The notes: a model not told the origin generated them from the letters alone. Positions 9,473 through 20,253 are shown, numbered from the stretch's first letter. The stretch is 63,313 nt of DNA from an uncultured Gammaproteobacteria bacterium (GCA_964536615.1 CAZHYG010000005.1:1-63313), one strand, 5' to 3'. Translations and numbers: made by a program.

Positions 9473-11347
9473 TTATACTTCTATAACCACTGGTAATATC
9501 ATAGGTCTTTTTTCTGTTTTCGTAAATAAGAACTGTCCGACATAATCTCTGATTTTGTTCTTAATATCGTTTGTATCTGCCCATGAAAGCGGGTCAGAAT
9601 CCGTAACTATTTTCTTTACCCGATGACGCAAATCTTCGATGAGTTCTTTATGTTCTTTTAAGAACACAAAGCCGCGAGAGATGATATCTGGATTTTGAAT
9701 GAGTTTGCCTGTTTTACTGTCTACGGTTGCAATAATTACTACCATGCCATCTTCGGCTAGCACTTGCCTATCGCGCAACACAATATTGGTTTCGTGGCTT
9801 ACGCCTAAACCGTCTACGAACACATGATCAGAAGGGATTTTGTTTTTGGTTAAAATACCAGCGCCATGACTAAATTCCATTACTTGTCCGTTGTCTGCGA
9901 TAAAAATATTTGATTTTTGATAACCCATCGCTTCGGCAATTTTTCCATTGTATCTGAGCAAGAAGTGATTACCATGAATTGGCACAAAATATTTTGGATT
10001 GAGCAGGCGAATCATGAGTTTTACATCTTCCATCTTTGCGTGTCCGCCGGCGTGCACATCCATCATTTGGTGATGGATTACTTCGGCGCCTTTGCGGAAC
10101 AATGTATCTTTTAGTCGTTGCACCATGCGTTCGTTGCCGGGAATAACGGAAGAAGAAAATACCACGGTATCTCCTTCAACCAATTTTATTTCTCGGTGTT
10201 CACCATTTGCAATACGCATTAAAGATGCGTTTTTTTCTCCTTGCGCGCCGGTGCAGATAATGACAACTTTGTTATGAGGGTAGTTGTCTAATTGGCGTAA
10301 ATCCACCAGTGTCTTCGGGTTAAATTTCATGTATCCTAGTTCTTTGGCGATTTCCACGTTAGTTTTGATGCTAAAACCGCCTAAGGCTACCACCTTGCCG
10401 ATTTTTTCGGAGACCTCAATAATTTGTTTAATACGAGTAAGCAAGGAAGCAAAGGTGCCGATAATAATGCGTCCTGGGGCTTTAGTAATAATATCTTCAA
10501 GGTTTACGCCGATTTCAGATTCTGAGATTTGATGTCCAGGCTGTGAAGCGTTGGTGCTGTCGGAAAGTAAAGCCAGCACACCTTCGCTGCCGATGCGCGC
10601 AATTTTTTGTAAATCAGCTGGTTGTTCGCCGGTTGGCTGATAGTCAAATTTCCAGTCACCGGTATGGATGAGGGTGCCTTCTGGAGTTCTGATAATAATA
10701 CCCATTGAGTCTGGAATGTTGTGGTTGAGATGGAAAAATTCAAGTTCAAATGAACCAAGCATGAGCTTGTCATTGAGATTTACATTATGAATGTTGAGCG
10801 GTCGTAAATTTTTATAATCTTCTTGTCGTTTTTTAATTACGGCGTTAGTAAGGGGTAGTCCGTAAATAGGCGGATAGCCCAGCATAGGAATGAGGTGGGG
10901 GATGCCGCCAATATGATCGTAGTGAGCGTGGGTAATAATGACACCGCGAATATTTTTTTCTTTTCCTTTTAGGTAGGTCATGTTTGGAATAATATAGTCA
11001 ATTCCAGGCATGTCCTCTTCAGGGAATTGAAGACCCATATCAATTAAAATAATATCGTCTCCGTATTCCATAAGCGTACAGTTTCGGCCGACTTCTTCCA
11101 AGCCACCGATCACTGCCACTTTTAGTTTTTTATCACCTGTTCTGAATCTACCGAAAGAAGGGCCTTCAGGAGCAGGTTTATTTGTGCGCGCGACCGATCT
11201 TCCAGTTTGGAATGATCGGCGCTGTCTTTGAGCCCCGGTACCTTGCTGTGGTTGAGGCTGGTTATAATGTGAGCTTCCTACCCGACCAGTGTGGGGAGTA
11301 AGTGCTTTGTTTTGTCCCTGATTTGGGACAGCTGAATATCTCATCAT
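9473..11347 (-). CDS. rnj: ribonuclease J (beta-CASP metallo-beta-lactamase)
   Basis: 624 aa. It has the HAHYDHIGG metal motif and RNase J-like architecture. About 75 aa of Q/G/R-rich N-terminal extension precede the catalytic core. Confidence 0.9.
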   Translation of the reverse strand: MMRYSAVPNQGQNKALTPHTGRVGSSHYNQPQPQQGTGAQRQRRSFQTGRSVARTNKPAPEGPSFGRFRTGDKKLKVAVIGGLEEVGRNCTLMEYGDDIILIDMGLQFPEEDMPGIDYIIPNMTYLKGKEKNIRGVIITHAHYDHIGGIPHLIPMLGYPPIYGLPLTNAVIKKRQEDYKNLRPLNIHNVNLNDKLMLGSFELEFFHLNHNIPDSMGIIIRTPEGTLIHTGDWKFDYQPTGEQPADLQKIARIGSEGVLALLSDSTNASQPGHQISESEIGVNLEDIITKAPGRIIIGTFASLLTRIKQIIEVSEKIGKVVALGGFSIKTNVEIAKELGYMKFNPKTLVDLRQLDNYPHNKVVIICTGAQGEKNASLMRIANGEHREIKLVEGDTVVFSSSVIPGNERMVQRLKDTLFRKGAEVIHHQMMDVHAGGHAKMEDVKLMIRLLNPKYFVPIHGNHFLLRYNGKIAEAMGYQKSNIFIADNGQVMEFSHGAGILTKNKIPSDHVFVDGLGVSHETNIVLRDRQVLAEDGMVVIIATVDSKTGKLIQNPDIISRGFVFLKEHKELIEDLRHRVKKIVTDSDPLSWADTNDIKNKIRDYVGQFLFTKTEKRPMILPVVIEV

Positions 11348-11376
11348 AGTATAAATTATACGATGTATTTAAAATG

Positions 11377-11458
11377 TGGGCGAAGAGGGACTTGAACCCT
11401 CAAGGATTGCTCCATACGCTTCTGAGACGTACGCGTATACCAGTTCCGCCACTCGCCC
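11377..11458 (-). tRNA. tRNA-Leu (anticodon CAG), type II with long variable arm; CCA not encoded
   Basis: The reverse complement folds as GGGCGAG-TG-GCGGAACTGGTATACGC-G-TACGT-CTCAGAA-GCGTA-long variable arm-GAGGG-TTCAAGT-CCCTC-TTCGCCC-A. It is very similar to the E. coli tRNA-Leu(CAG) layout. Confidence 0.9.
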
Positions 11459-11474
11459 GTTGTAGGTTGAAGTC

Positions 11475-13445
11475 TTAGTTAGATTTGTTCCATTGGCGTT
11501 TTGTTTTAATGTACCAGTGCTCCATGTCGGCAAATCTGCTGGATGGGGAGGGGATAGTTGTAAAAGTAACGCCTTTTATTTCTTTGCTGAACACAAAATT
11601 GTAAATTGGCGTATATAAGAAAATAGCAGGATTGTCTTTAGTTATAATGTCTTGGAACTTGCGATAATTTTCAATTTTAATTTGTTCGGTAGTAGTGGTG
11701 CGAGCATCTTCAAGCAGCTTGTCGGCGGTACGGTCAGAGAACATAGATAAGTTTAGACCTGGATAAGCGGTTTGAGATGAGTGCCAGAACGGAAATGGAT
11801 CAGAGTCTGTGCCGATAATTTCACCGTATAATAAGGCATCATAACTTCGGTTACGCAGCACTTCGCGAGAGATTTGAGTGCTAGCGCTTATATTTATATC
11901 GGTCTTAACCCCTACGGCTCGCCACATTTTTGCAATCTCAGTCGCAACCTGCTGGTATTCAGGGCTGTCCACAGTGGTGATGGTGATATGTAAAATATCA
12001 TTGCTTTTATTTTTTCGATAGAAACTTTGTTCTGGATTCATTTCTTCGCGAATAGATTGAGCGGTTTCTTCTTCTATTTTTTTAATTTGCGCTTCTTGTT
12101 CTTCCGGTGGTGTGGTGGTATTAGATTTAATCGCTGAGATTTCCTCTTCTCTGGTTTTTAGGATGCTGTCGTATTGGGTTTGAAAAAAATCCTCAGGTTG
12201 AATTTTTTTCCAATTTTTATTGAGCGCTTCATTGGCCGCATCTACGTCAAACGCAGTTGTTTTTAATTCAGGATTATAGCCAAGCATTCCTTCAAGAATA
12301 GGGGAATTGATAAGTGTTGCATTTTTTTGTAAAGCATTCTCTATAATTGATTGTTTATCTAAAGCTGCAGCCAGAGCAGTGCGAATGTTGCTGTCTTTAA
12401 GAATAGATGAATCTTCGTTGAAAAATACAGCTGTATATTGAGGCAAGGTAAATGGTTGAGTAACAAAATTTTTACCGATAATTTTTTCAGTTAAATCATT
12501 GGGCAGAAAACTAACAGCATTTACATCTTGGCTTTTAAGGGCTGTGGCAGCCTGAATGAAATCAGGGTAGAACTTAAAGGTAAGTTTTTTTAGATAAGGA
12601 GGTTGTTTGTAGTATGTGGAATTTGGCTCCAAAGCATAGCTTTGAATATTGCCGCTTGCGTCTTTAGTTAGTTTATTGAATTTCCACGGACCGGTACCGA
12701 CGGGCTGTAAGTTTGTTTTAGCTAAACGAACTCCCGAAGGAGGAATAGCTGACCAAATATGTTCTGGTAAAATACCTAGTGTAAGACTGTGTAAAAATGG
12801 AGAAAATGCGTCTTTTAAAGTAAAGCGCATAGAAAAATCATCAATTTTTTCTGCGGTTACACCTTGAAAGGCTGAGATAAGCGGGCTGCCAACTTCTGGA
12901 TCTTGAATAGTTTGAAAAGTGAAGAGCACGTCGTTGGCGGTAAATGGTTCGTTGTCAGACCAAACAACGTTGGGTCGCAGTTTAATATCGTATATTTTTC
13001 CATCCTCGCTAACGGTATAGCTCTCTGCAAGGTCAGGCACAAGTTGTTGTTGGGAGTTATAGGAGAAAAGGCCAGAATACATGAGGGAAGCAATGTCCGC
13101 ATCCACATCGTTAGCGCTCGCAAAAAGAGGGTTGATATATTTTGGTTCTCCGATAAGAGCTTCGGTGTATTCGCCGCCAGTTGCCGGCAGTACAGTTTGG
13201 TGTGAAAAAATCCAGGTTGTGCCTAAAGCAATTGTTGAAAGAATGAAAATTGTAGTAGAAATTCCGACTATTTTTTTTTCTAAGCCAGTTAAAAAATTCC
13301 CCACGTATTTTAGTTGGGACCATTTTGGAATAATGTTAGTGCGAATTCGTTTTACCAATTTTTGGTCAAAGGCGTAAGATGGCCTGGCCGGACGCGAAGC
13401 GCCTTTTTGTTTTTTAATCCAAAAAAATAATTTGGATAATTTCAT
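11475..13445 (-). CDS. ABC transporter substrate-binding protein, family 5 (peptide/nickel, OppA/DppA-like), membrane anchored
   Basis: 656 aa with an N-terminal TM anchor. The SBP_bac_5-like core reads GGEYTEALIGEPKYINPLFA...LVPDLAESYTVSEDGKIYDIKLRPNVVWSD. Confidence 0.8.
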   Translation of the reverse strand: MKLSKLFFWIKKQKGASRPARPSYAFDQKLVKRIRTNIIPKWSQLKYVGNFLTGLEKKIVGISTTIFILSTIALGTTWIFSHQTVLPATGGEYTEALIGEPKYINPLFASANDVDADIASLMYSGLFSYNSQQQLVPDLAESYTVSEDGKIYDIKLRPNVVWSDNEPFTANDVLFTFQTIQDPEVGSPLISAFQGVTAEKIDDFSMRFTLKDAFSPFLHSLTLGILPEHIWSAIPPSGVRLAKTNLQPVGTGPWKFNKLTKDASGNIQSYALEPNSTYYKQPPYLKKLTFKFYPDFIQAATALKSQDVNAVSFLPNDLTEKIIGKNFVTQPFTLPQYTAVFFNEDSSILKDSNIRTALAAALDKQSIIENALQKNATLINSPILEGMLGYNPELKTTAFDVDAANEALNKNWKKIQPEDFFQTQYDSILKTREEEISAIKSNTTTPPEEQEAQIKKIEEETAQSIREEMNPEQSFYRKNKSNDILHITITTVDSPEYQQVATEIAKMWRAVGVKTDINISASTQISREVLRNRSYDALLYGEIIGTDSDPFPFWHSSQTAYPGLNLSMFSDRTADKLLEDARTTTTEQIKIENYRKFQDIITKDNPAIFLYTPIYNFVFSKEIKGVTFTTIPSPSSRFADMEHWYIKTKRQWNKSN

Positions 13446-13525
13446 GTACGTAAATTGAAGTATGAATTACGCATCAGGAATAAACTACTGTTTATGTTCG
13501 TAATGCCTAATTCCTAAATATGCAC

Positions 13526-13777
13526 TTAGATAACTAAACGTGCCAGAGAAATGCTAAAAAAAGCAACTGCGATAACTATTGTAGATAGGTGTAAAATGCG
13601 ATCAACACCTCGTTTGGTGCTGTAGATATTGCTTGATCCGCCAAACACACCGCTTAAACCAGTGCCTTTTTGTTGTAGTAAAATAACGGCGATAAGCAAA
13701 GCTGCCAAAACAAACTGCACGATATTTAAGATTGTTGCGATCATAATTGTAAATAGAAGAATTTTGAGCAAATGCAT
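13526..13777 (-). CDS. secG: preprotein translocase subunit SecG
   Basis: 83 aa with two TM helices and the LLQQKGTGLSGVFGG signature. Confidence 0.8.
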   Translation of the reverse strand: MHLLKILLFTIMIATILNIVQFVLAALLIAVILLQQKGTGLSGVFGGSSNIYSTKRGVDRILHLSTIVIAVAFFSISLARLVI

Positions 13778-13844
13778 TATATCATTGCTGTTTTATTTTG
13801 TCAATGAGATGTATTTATAGTATACTTAACATATATTTTTAAGT

Positions 13845-14579
13845 TTGGTGTGTATGAGATGGTATCAGACGGTTTGGGGGATTGCCTTGCTGGGTGTAGC
13901 CGGTGTAATTATGGTAGGTGTAATCGCTTTTGGGGCCGTAACAGTGCGTTTTTGGTGGCAAATACGCCATGGCGGCGGTGCTGTTTTACAGCAACAGTAT
14001 GGTGGTTTTGATCGGCAGCAGGCCAGTACCCAAGTAGCAAGTATTGATAGATCGGTTTTGGAGAAAGGCGACTTTCCATTTTTGGGTAATCCAAACGCGC
14101 CTATCACTATAGTGTTATTTGGTGATTTTAAATGTCCTAATACAAAAAATGCCTGGCCTATTATGCAGCGGCTTTTGGGCCAATATCCAGATAAGGTAAG
14201 ACTTGTATTTAGACATTTTCCAGGAGAATCCATTCATCCAGGGGCAAATAAACTGGCTCAGCTTGGCGTATGTACTTACAAACAGAGTCAAGAAGCATAT
14301 TGGGGTTTGCATAACTACCTTTTTGCTCACCAGAATGAACTGCCAGTCAGTTTGCCAGATCAGGATCTTGCTAAAATAGCCCAAGAGCTCAATTTGGATA
14401 TCAGTCAATTAAATAGTTGCATGAGTTCAAGCGAAGCATCTCTGGTAAAAATTAATCGTGATTATGCGGATGGAGTGCGGTTTGGTGTCGGGGGTACGCC
14501 AACCTTTTTTGTTAATGGTAAAAAAATTGAGGGTGTGGTGCCGTGGGAGGTTTGGGACGGCTTTGTTAAACAATTTTAA
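13845..14579 (+). CDS. DsbA-family thioredoxin-fold protein (active site CPNT instead of CxxC)
   Basis: 244 aa with an N-terminal TM anchor and a DsbA-like fold (ITIVLFGDFKCPNTKNAWP...GGTPTFFVNGKKIEG). The track start is TTG; ATG at 13854 is an alternative. A TTGTCA-17-TATACT promoter lies just upstream. Confidence 0.75.
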   Translation: MVCMRWYQTVWGIALLGVAGVIMVGVIAFGAVTVRFWWQIRHGGGAVLQQQYGGFDRQQASTQVASIDRSVLEKGDFPFLGNPNAPITIVLFGDFKCPNTKNAWPIMQRLLGQYPDKVRLVFRHFPGESIHPGANKLAQLGVCTYKQSQEAYWGLHNYLFAHQNELPVSLPDQDLAKIAQELNLDISQLNSCMSSSEASLVKINRDYADGVRFGVGGTPTFFVNGKKIEGVVPWEVWDGFVKQF

Positions 14580-14587
14580 TTATATAT

Positions 14588-16186
14588 ATGTCTAGAAAAA
14601 TTATTCTAGCTTTAACTCTGTGTGTTCTGATAATTCCTGGTGTGGCTGGAGCAGCTGTAGATGGGTCAAGTAAAATTCCGGCCCTTAATCCATTTTGTTG
14701 GCATAAAAAGGATTGTATAGAAGTTCGGGGTAAATATGTACTCGGTGACCCGTCAGCCGAAACCTTAGCTAAAGATGGTTTTGTGACTGGGCCAACCGCA
14801 GCGCCGTGTGTGGGTGGTGAAGGTGATGAAGAGTGGGGTCGTTGCTTGCCTGCAGGTGTATCCAAAACAGAAATTTCTTTTGGTGGAGAAAATCGCTTTG
14901 CCAATATAGGAGTGTTTATAGTTTCAATGTATAAATATTTGGTCGGTATTGCCAGTATTGTAGCGGTCATTATGATTATTTTAGCTGGTATACAGTGGGT
15001 TACTTCAGGAGGAAATAGCGAGACAATTAGCGGTGCTAAACACAGAATTTCGGGAGCTGTCATAGGTTTATTCATTGCCTACATGTCTTATTTTATTTTA
15101 AATACTGTTAATCCAGCTTTGGTTAATTTTCGGTTGCCGCAAGTGTGGCTGATTCGTCCTCAGCAGCTGATTCCAAAATTTTGCAAACAATTGGAAGGGG
15201 CTGAAAGCGGTAAGTTGAAATTTAGATTTTATTCCAGAGAAGACGATCAAACGTCGGCTGTGGATATTAAAAAGGCAGGCACAGAAACTATGCCATATGG
15301 ACAAAAGGATACGAATAATTTGGATATATTTAGTTGCGGCCGAAGGTTTTTGCCAGAAGACAGCGGCACTCAAACTTGTTTTGCAGACATCTGTTCTTCC
15401 GAGCGGGGAAATAGAAGCGGGTGTGTTGAAGGTGAGGATAAAAAACTCGCGTGCTATTACGGAGAGCTGTTTTTAAATCTAAGTATTAATACTGAATCAT
15501 TTAGCGCTGGTCAAGATACGCAGGATTATATTGCGGATTCAAGCGTGCCGGTGGTGAGTCAAGTATTTGGGGCATTTGTAAAAAAAGCTCTTAAAACTGA
15601 CTGGAAGTTTGATACCGAAGTTTTTAGAGGTGTGTGTAAGGTGGGGGATACGGTATATTTGGCAAATAAAGGAGGTTCCAAGAGTTGGGATGCAGATTCT
15701 GGCCGTAAATCGGTAGTGCGAAAAGTAAAACCCGACACGTATTATGAATATACAATTGGATATAGAGGCCTTGCAGATCCTGAAGGAGTTGGATGGAGTT
15801 GTGAAAAAGGCGGTGAGTTGGTAGGTTATTTATTGAGAATAGAAACAGACGCAGACCAGTCTGCTTGGGAAAAATTTGGCCCGAATTTAAAAACATTAAT
15901 TCCGGGTTATGGGCAGCTGGATTTTTTAAGCCGAGCGTTTAGTAGTGGGCCTCAGCCAAATTTGAGCGTTGGATATAACCGAAGCACAAAGCAGGCAGTT
16001 TTTGGTACTTTTTCTGATGATGTTAAAACGATTAATAACTACATACCTATAGAAGAGTTAAAAAAAGGCGCGTTGGTTTTGGATATTAATTTAACTTTAA
16101 GTAAGATAATCAGAATGAAAGGTAAAACAAGTCAGAACCCTGATGATTTTCCGGAAAATATAGATCCAGGTGTGTTGGCGCAATAA
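14588..16186 (+). CDS. Cys-rich secreted/membrane protein with TrbC/VirB2 (T4SS-pilin-like) two-TM module and ~340-aa C-terminal extension
   Basis: 532 aa with a signal peptide and the Cys-rich FCWHKKDC...CVGG...WGRC segment. A hydrophobic hairpin follows (GIASIVAVIMIILAGIQWVTSGGNSETISGAKHRISGAVIGLFIAYMSYFILNTVNPAL). It resembles the pilin-like family common in CPR genomes. The family call is from memory. Confidence 0.6.
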   Translation: MSRKIILALTLCVLIIPGVAGAAVDGSSKIPALNPFCWHKKDCIEVRGKYVLGDPSAETLAKDGFVTGPTAAPCVGGEGDEEWGRCLPAGVSKTEISFGGENRFANIGVFIVSMYKYLVGIASIVAVIMIILAGIQWVTSGGNSETISGAKHRISGAVIGLFIAYMSYFILNTVNPALVNFRLPQVWLIRPQQLIPKFCKQLEGAESGKLKFRFYSREDDQTSAVDIKKAGTETMPYGQKDTNNLDIFSCGRRFLPEDSGTQTCFADICSSERGNRSGCVEGEDKKLACYYGELFLNLSINTESFSAGQDTQDYIADSSVPVVSQVFGAFVKKALKTDWKFDTEVFRGVCKVGDTVYLANKGGSKSWDADSGRKSVVRKVKPDTYYEYTIGYRGLADPEGVGWSCEKGGELVGYLLRIETDADQSAWEKFGPNLKTLIPGYGQLDFLSRAFSSGPQPNLSVGYNRSTKQAVFGTFSDDVKTINNYIPIEELKKGALVLDINLTLSKIIRMKGKTSQNPDDFPENIDPGVLAQ

Positions 16187-16199
16187 GTTTTAAAATAAC

Positions 16200-16229
16200 A
16201 GCCTCCGTAAAGCGGAGGCTTTTGCTTTG
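16200..16229 (+). terminator. rho-independent terminator
   Basis: Stem AGCCTCCG / CGGAGGCT, loop TAAAG, then TTTGCTTTG. Confidence 0.6.
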
Positions 16230-16305
16230 TTCTGCTAATTGACATATCGTAAAAACCTGGTACAATATACCACTAATTTACACAGCACACATAACTCGTT
16301 AATTT

Positions 16306-19179
16306 ATGCACGACAAGTTAATTATCAAAGGCGCTCGCGTACATAATTTAAAAAATGTTTCTTTAGAGATTCCGAAAAATAAATTAGTGGTTATTACCGG
16401 CCTCTCAGGTTCGGGAAAATCAAGCTTGGCGTTTGATACTATTTATGCTGAAGGCCAGCGTCGATATGCCGAATCACTTTCCTCGTACGCGCGACAATTT
16501 ATGGAGGTGCGAGACAAGCCTGATGTTGATGCGGTAGAAGGGTTGTCTCCAACCATTGCCATTGATCAAAAAAGCTATACTCAGAATCCGCGCTCCACGG
16601 TTGGTACGGTAACAGAAATTTATGATTACTTACGCTTGTTGTTTGCGCGCGTAGGACAACAGTATTGCCCGGATTGCCATGAGCCGGTGCGAGCATATTT
16701 GCCAGGGGCAATTTTGGAAGAAGTGCGTCGAATTGTGCGAACCACAGCTAGTAATAAAAAGAAGAGCGCTGAGATTTTATTGTTATCTCCATTGGTTAGA
16801 AATGAGCAGGTGCGCAAAGCGAGCGTGGTAGAAAAAGTGGAAAAATCCGGATATGAATGGGTTCGTGTAAACGGAGAAGTAATGAAGATAAATGATTTTG
16901 CTGTTTATAATTTTCTTGATAAGAAAGCCTATTCAATTGAACTCGTTATTGGCAGAATAACTGAAGCTCAAAAACAAGATGTGATGAAAATGGTAGAAAC
17001 AGCATTGGATCTAAGTGATGGAATTTTGGTAGTTTTTGACGGTCAAAAAGAATATGTATTTTCTACTATAGGCTTGTGTTTAAGCTGTGGCAAACGAGTG
17101 CCGCCGCTTGATATGCGTAGTTTTAGCTTTAATAGTCCGTATGGCGCGTGCAGCCGCTGTACCGGTTTGGGTGTTACTCAGGAGGTTGAACCAGAGCTGG
17201 TTATTCCAAATAGTCGTTTAACTTTGGCTGAAGGCGCTATTCAGCCATGGACACGCATTACTGGCAATCAAAATTGGTATCAAAAAATTATGGTAGAAGT
17301 TGCAGTGCGCCATGGTTTTTCCGTACATACTCCAGTTAAAGATTTGGGCGCGAAGATAAGACATATTATTTTGTATGGTACCGGTGAAGATGAGTATGTG
17401 GTAGATGGCAAAAAAACCAAGTTTGCAGGCGTTGTTCCAAATTTGCTTCAGCGGCATTTAGAGACAGATTCTGAATATGTGCGCCGTGAAATTGAACAAT
17501 ATATGCGTGAGGGCGTTTGTCCGGTTTGTAAGGGTAAACGATTGCAAGCAAGTTCGCTGTCCGTTAAAATTGGCGATTTTTCCATTGCTGATTTATCTGC
17601 TTCCAGTATTGAAGATTTGCTCGTGTTATTTTCTGGTGCAGGAACAGCAAAGAAAAATAACCCAGCTATTTTATCTGCGCTGGCTGATCCTCAAAAATTG
17701 GCGATTGCCAAACCGGTTATTAAAGAAATTGTTCAGCGTTTAGAAAGTTTAAGCAAAGTTGGCCTCAGCTATTTATCACTCGACCGATCAATGAATACAT
17801 TGTCGGGTGGTGAAGTAACCAGAACCAGGCTTGCTACCCAGCTTTCTACCGGCTTAATTGGCGTTATATACATTTTAGATGAACCTTCTATTGGTCTGCA
17901 TCCAAAAGATAATGATTTGCTTATTGATAGTTTAAAATCGCTCCGTGATTTAGGTAATAGCGTGATTGTGGTTGAGCATGACAGTGCGATGATGGAAGCG
18001 GCGGATTATATTATTGATGTTGGTCCTGGTGCGGGCGTGGGCGGAGGCCAGATTGTGGCTTCTGGTACGGTGGCACAAATTAAAAAGAATACACATTCTT
18101 TAACAGGTGATTATCTTTCCGGTCGCACAAAAATTACCTGCACGCTTACTGGCAAAAAAACACCGGTAGCTCAGAAAAAAAATTCTAACATGTTGCAGGT
18201 GATAGGCGCTAAAGCGTTTAACTTGCAAAATGTTGATGTTAACATTCCTTTAGGCAAGCTGGTTTGCGTAACCGGTGTCTCAGGTTCGGGTAAATCAACA
18301 CTTGTCATTGATATTTTGGGCAAGGCGCTTACTAAGCATTTTTATCGCGCCAAAGAAGAGCCAGGTGAACATAAGACTATTAAGGGTATAGAACACATTG
18401 ATAAGGTTATTGCTATAGACCAGTCGCCAATTGGTAGAACTCCTCGTTCCAGTCCGGCTACATATACGGGTGTTTTTACCTTGATACGAGATTTATTTGC
18501 GGATTTACCTGAAGCGCGCATGAATAATTACGATGCCGGTAAATTTAGCTTTAATGTAAAGGGCGGCGGCCGATGTGAGGCGTGTGCGGGTGATGGGTAT
18601 ACCAGAATTCCGATGCAATTTTTAGCTGATGTGTATGTGCAGTGTTCAGAGTGTGACGGAGCTCGGTATAATCGCGAAGCCCTGGAAATTCACTATAAAA
18701 ATAAAAATATTGCCGACGTGTTGGCAATGACTGTTGATGAGGCGGCAGTATTTTTTGGCGATGTGCAAAATATTACTGAGAAGCTTTCTATTTTGAAAGA
18801 AGTAGGTCTTGGCTATATGCATCTTGGGCAGCCGGCTACCAAACTGTCTGGTGGTGAGGCGCAGCGCGTAAAGTTGGCTACGGAACTTTCTCGTGTATCT
18901 ACCGGTAAAACATTATATATTTTGGATGAGCCGACCACCGGGTTGCATTTTGAAGACATTAGCCATTTATTGCAGGTGCTGAATCGGTTGGTAAGCAAAG
19001 GCAATACCGTATTGCTTATTGAGCATAATATAGAAATTATTGCATGTTCAGATTGGATTATTGATATGGGTCCGGGTGGAGGCAGGCATGGTGGCAAGGT
19101 GGTTGCACAAGGAACCGTGGCAGAAGTTATGAAAAATAAGCAAAGTTGGACCGGTAAGTTTATCAAGACAATTCGCTAA
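16306..19179 (+). CDS. uvrA: excinuclease ABC subunit A
   Basis: 957 aa. It has two ABC ATPase modules ([14 protein letters not shown] and [10 protein letters not shown]), LSGGE signatures and zinc-finger Cys clusters. Confidence 0.95.
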   Translation: MHDKLIIKGARVHNLKNVSLEIPKNKLVVITGLSGSGKSSLAFDTIYAEGQRRYAESLSSYARQFMEVRDKPDVDAVEGLSPTIAIDQKSYTQNPRSTVGTVTEIYDYLRLLFARVGQQYCPDCHEPVRAYLPGAILEEVRRIVRTTASNKKKSAEILLLSPLVRNEQVRKASVVEKVEKSGYEWVRVNGEVMKINDFAVYNFLDKKAYSIELVIGRITEAQKQDVMKMVETALDLSDGILVVFDGQKEYVFSTIGLCLSCGKRVPPLDMRSFSFNSPYGACSRCTGLGVTQEVEPELVIPNSRLTLAEGAIQPWTRITGNQNWYQKIMVEVAVRHGFSVHTPVKDLGAKIRHIILYGTGEDEYVVDGKKTKFAGVVPNLLQRHLETDSEYVRREIEQYMREGVCPVCKGKRLQASSLSVKIGDFSIADLSASSIEDLLVLFSGAGTAKKNNPAILSALADPQKLAIAKPVIKEIVQRLESLSKVGLSYLSLDRSMNTLSGGEVTRTRLATQLSTGLIGVIYILDEPSIGLHPKDNDLLIDSLKSLRDLGNSVIVVEHDSAMMEAADYIIDVGPGAGVGGGQIVASGTVAQIKKNTHSLTGDYLSGRTKITCTLTGKKTPVAQKKNSNMLQVIGAKAFNLQNVDVNIPLGKLVCVTGVSGSGKSTLVIDILGKALTKHFYRAKEEPGEHKTIKGIEHIDKVIAIDQSPIGRTPRSSPATYTGVFTLIRDLFADLPEARMNNYDAGKFSFNVKGGGRCEACAGDGYTRIPMQFLADVYVQCSECDGARYNREALEIHYKNKNIADVLAMTVDEAAVFFGDVQNITEKLSILKEVGLGYMHLGQPATKLSGGEAQRVKLATELSRVSTGKTLYILDEPTTGLHFEDISHLLQVLNRLVSKGNTVLLIEHNIEIIACSDWIIDMGPGGGRHGGKVVAQGTVAEVMKNKQSWTGKFIKTIR

Positions 19180-19195
19180 GATACGTCTATACATA

Positions 19196-19230
19196 TTAAA
19201 AAAGACACCGATTTGCGGTGTCTTTTTTTG
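19196..19230. terminator. bidirectional terminator between uvrA and rplS
   Basis: Stem AAAGACACCG / CGGTGTCTTT, loop ATTTG, with A and T runs on both sides. Confidence 0.65.
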
Positions 19231-19240
19231 AAGTAAGGGT

Positions 19241-19582
19241 TTATTTAGTTTTCTTTTCTTCCATCTTTCTTTTGAATTTTGGATCGCGTAAGTAGCCAAG
19301 TTTAGCTCTGCGAACAATATATTCTTTCACTACTTCAATCTTGTCAATAACTGGGGAGTGTATTGGAAAAATTTTCTCTACACCCACACCATTTGATATT
19401 TTGCGAACTGTAATTGTTGCGCCAGCTTCTTTTCCGTGCTTAGCGGCAATAATAGTGCCTTCAAAGACCTGGATACGGTCTTTTTCTTCTCCTTTAGTGT
19501 TCATTTCTTTAATTTTTTGATGAACCTTTACCAGCATGCCTGGTTTGTAGGAGGCCTTATTTTCAGTGGTATTTTCTGACAT
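19241..19582 (-). CDS. rplS: 50S ribosomal protein L19
   Basis: 113 aa. [49 protein letters not shown] is typical of bL19. Confidence 0.95.
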   Translation of the reverse strand: MSENTTENKASYKPGMLVKVHQKIKEMNTKGEEKDRIQVFEGTIIAAKHGKEAGATITVRKISNGVGVEKIFPIHSPVIDKIEVVKEYIVRRAKLGYLRDPKFKRKMEEKKTK

Positions 19583-19631
19583 ATAGTATATAACGTATAT
19601 TTAGTTGTTTTTATGTAGGGCTTATATTAGC

Positions 19632-20252
19632 CTATTGTTGGTTTTTTGTCAACCCCAAATTGCTCGCATCTTGAGAGATAAGGGTTTGCTGTATTATTTC
19701 GGCTACTTTTGCGATAGTTTCGTCTAATTTACCTTCTATATTTACAATTCTATAAGTGTAATCGACGGAAAGCTCGATTTCATTTTTCGCTATCTCTAGG
19801 CGTTTTTCAATAGCTTCCTGGTCTATACCGCCTCGTTTTTCAATACGCTGCCGTAAAATATCAAGGTTTTCTGGGGCCAGAAAAATAGCTAGGTGGGGAA
19901 AACCCATCTTGTCCAGAGCGTGTTTTCCGGTTACATCAATTTGAGTAAATACTATTTCAAAATTTGCGAGGCAGTCATTGATGATTGATTTTTCTTCGCC
20001 GTAATAATTTCCAGCGTAAATATTGTATTCAAGAAATGCGCCAGCTTCAATGCGGTGCTTAAACTCATCAGCAGTAATAAAATGGTAGTCAACACCATCG
20101 ATGTTACCAGGTCGAGGTGGGCGAGAGGTGGTTGTAATTAGCCGGGTAGAGTTCGGAAAAATTTTTAGAAGAGCGCTAATAACAGTATCTTTTCCGCCTC
20201 CTGAAGGGGAAGATATTATAACAAGTAACCCTTTTTTTTGTTGAGTTGCCAT
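19632..20252 (-). CDS. gmk: guanylate kinase
   Basis: 206 aa. P-loop SSPSGGGKDT and TTTSRPPRPGNIDGVDYHF. Confidence 0.9.
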   Translation of the reverse strand: MATQQKKGLLVIISSPSGGGKDTVISALLKIFPNSTRLITTTSRPPRPGNIDGVDYHFITADEFKHRIEAGAFLEYNIYAGNYYGEEKSIINDCLANFEIVFTQIDVTGKHALDKMGFPHLAIFLAPENLDILRQRIEKRGGIDQEAIEKRLEIAKNEIELSVDYTYRIVNIEGKLDETIAKVAEIIQQTLISQDASNLGLTKNQQ

Positions 20253-20253
20253 A

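Noticed and set aside
14566-15075. 169-aa minus-strand ORF
   Set aside because: It is antisense to the pilin-like gene. The + strand has a signal peptide, TM hairpin and coherent gene spacing.
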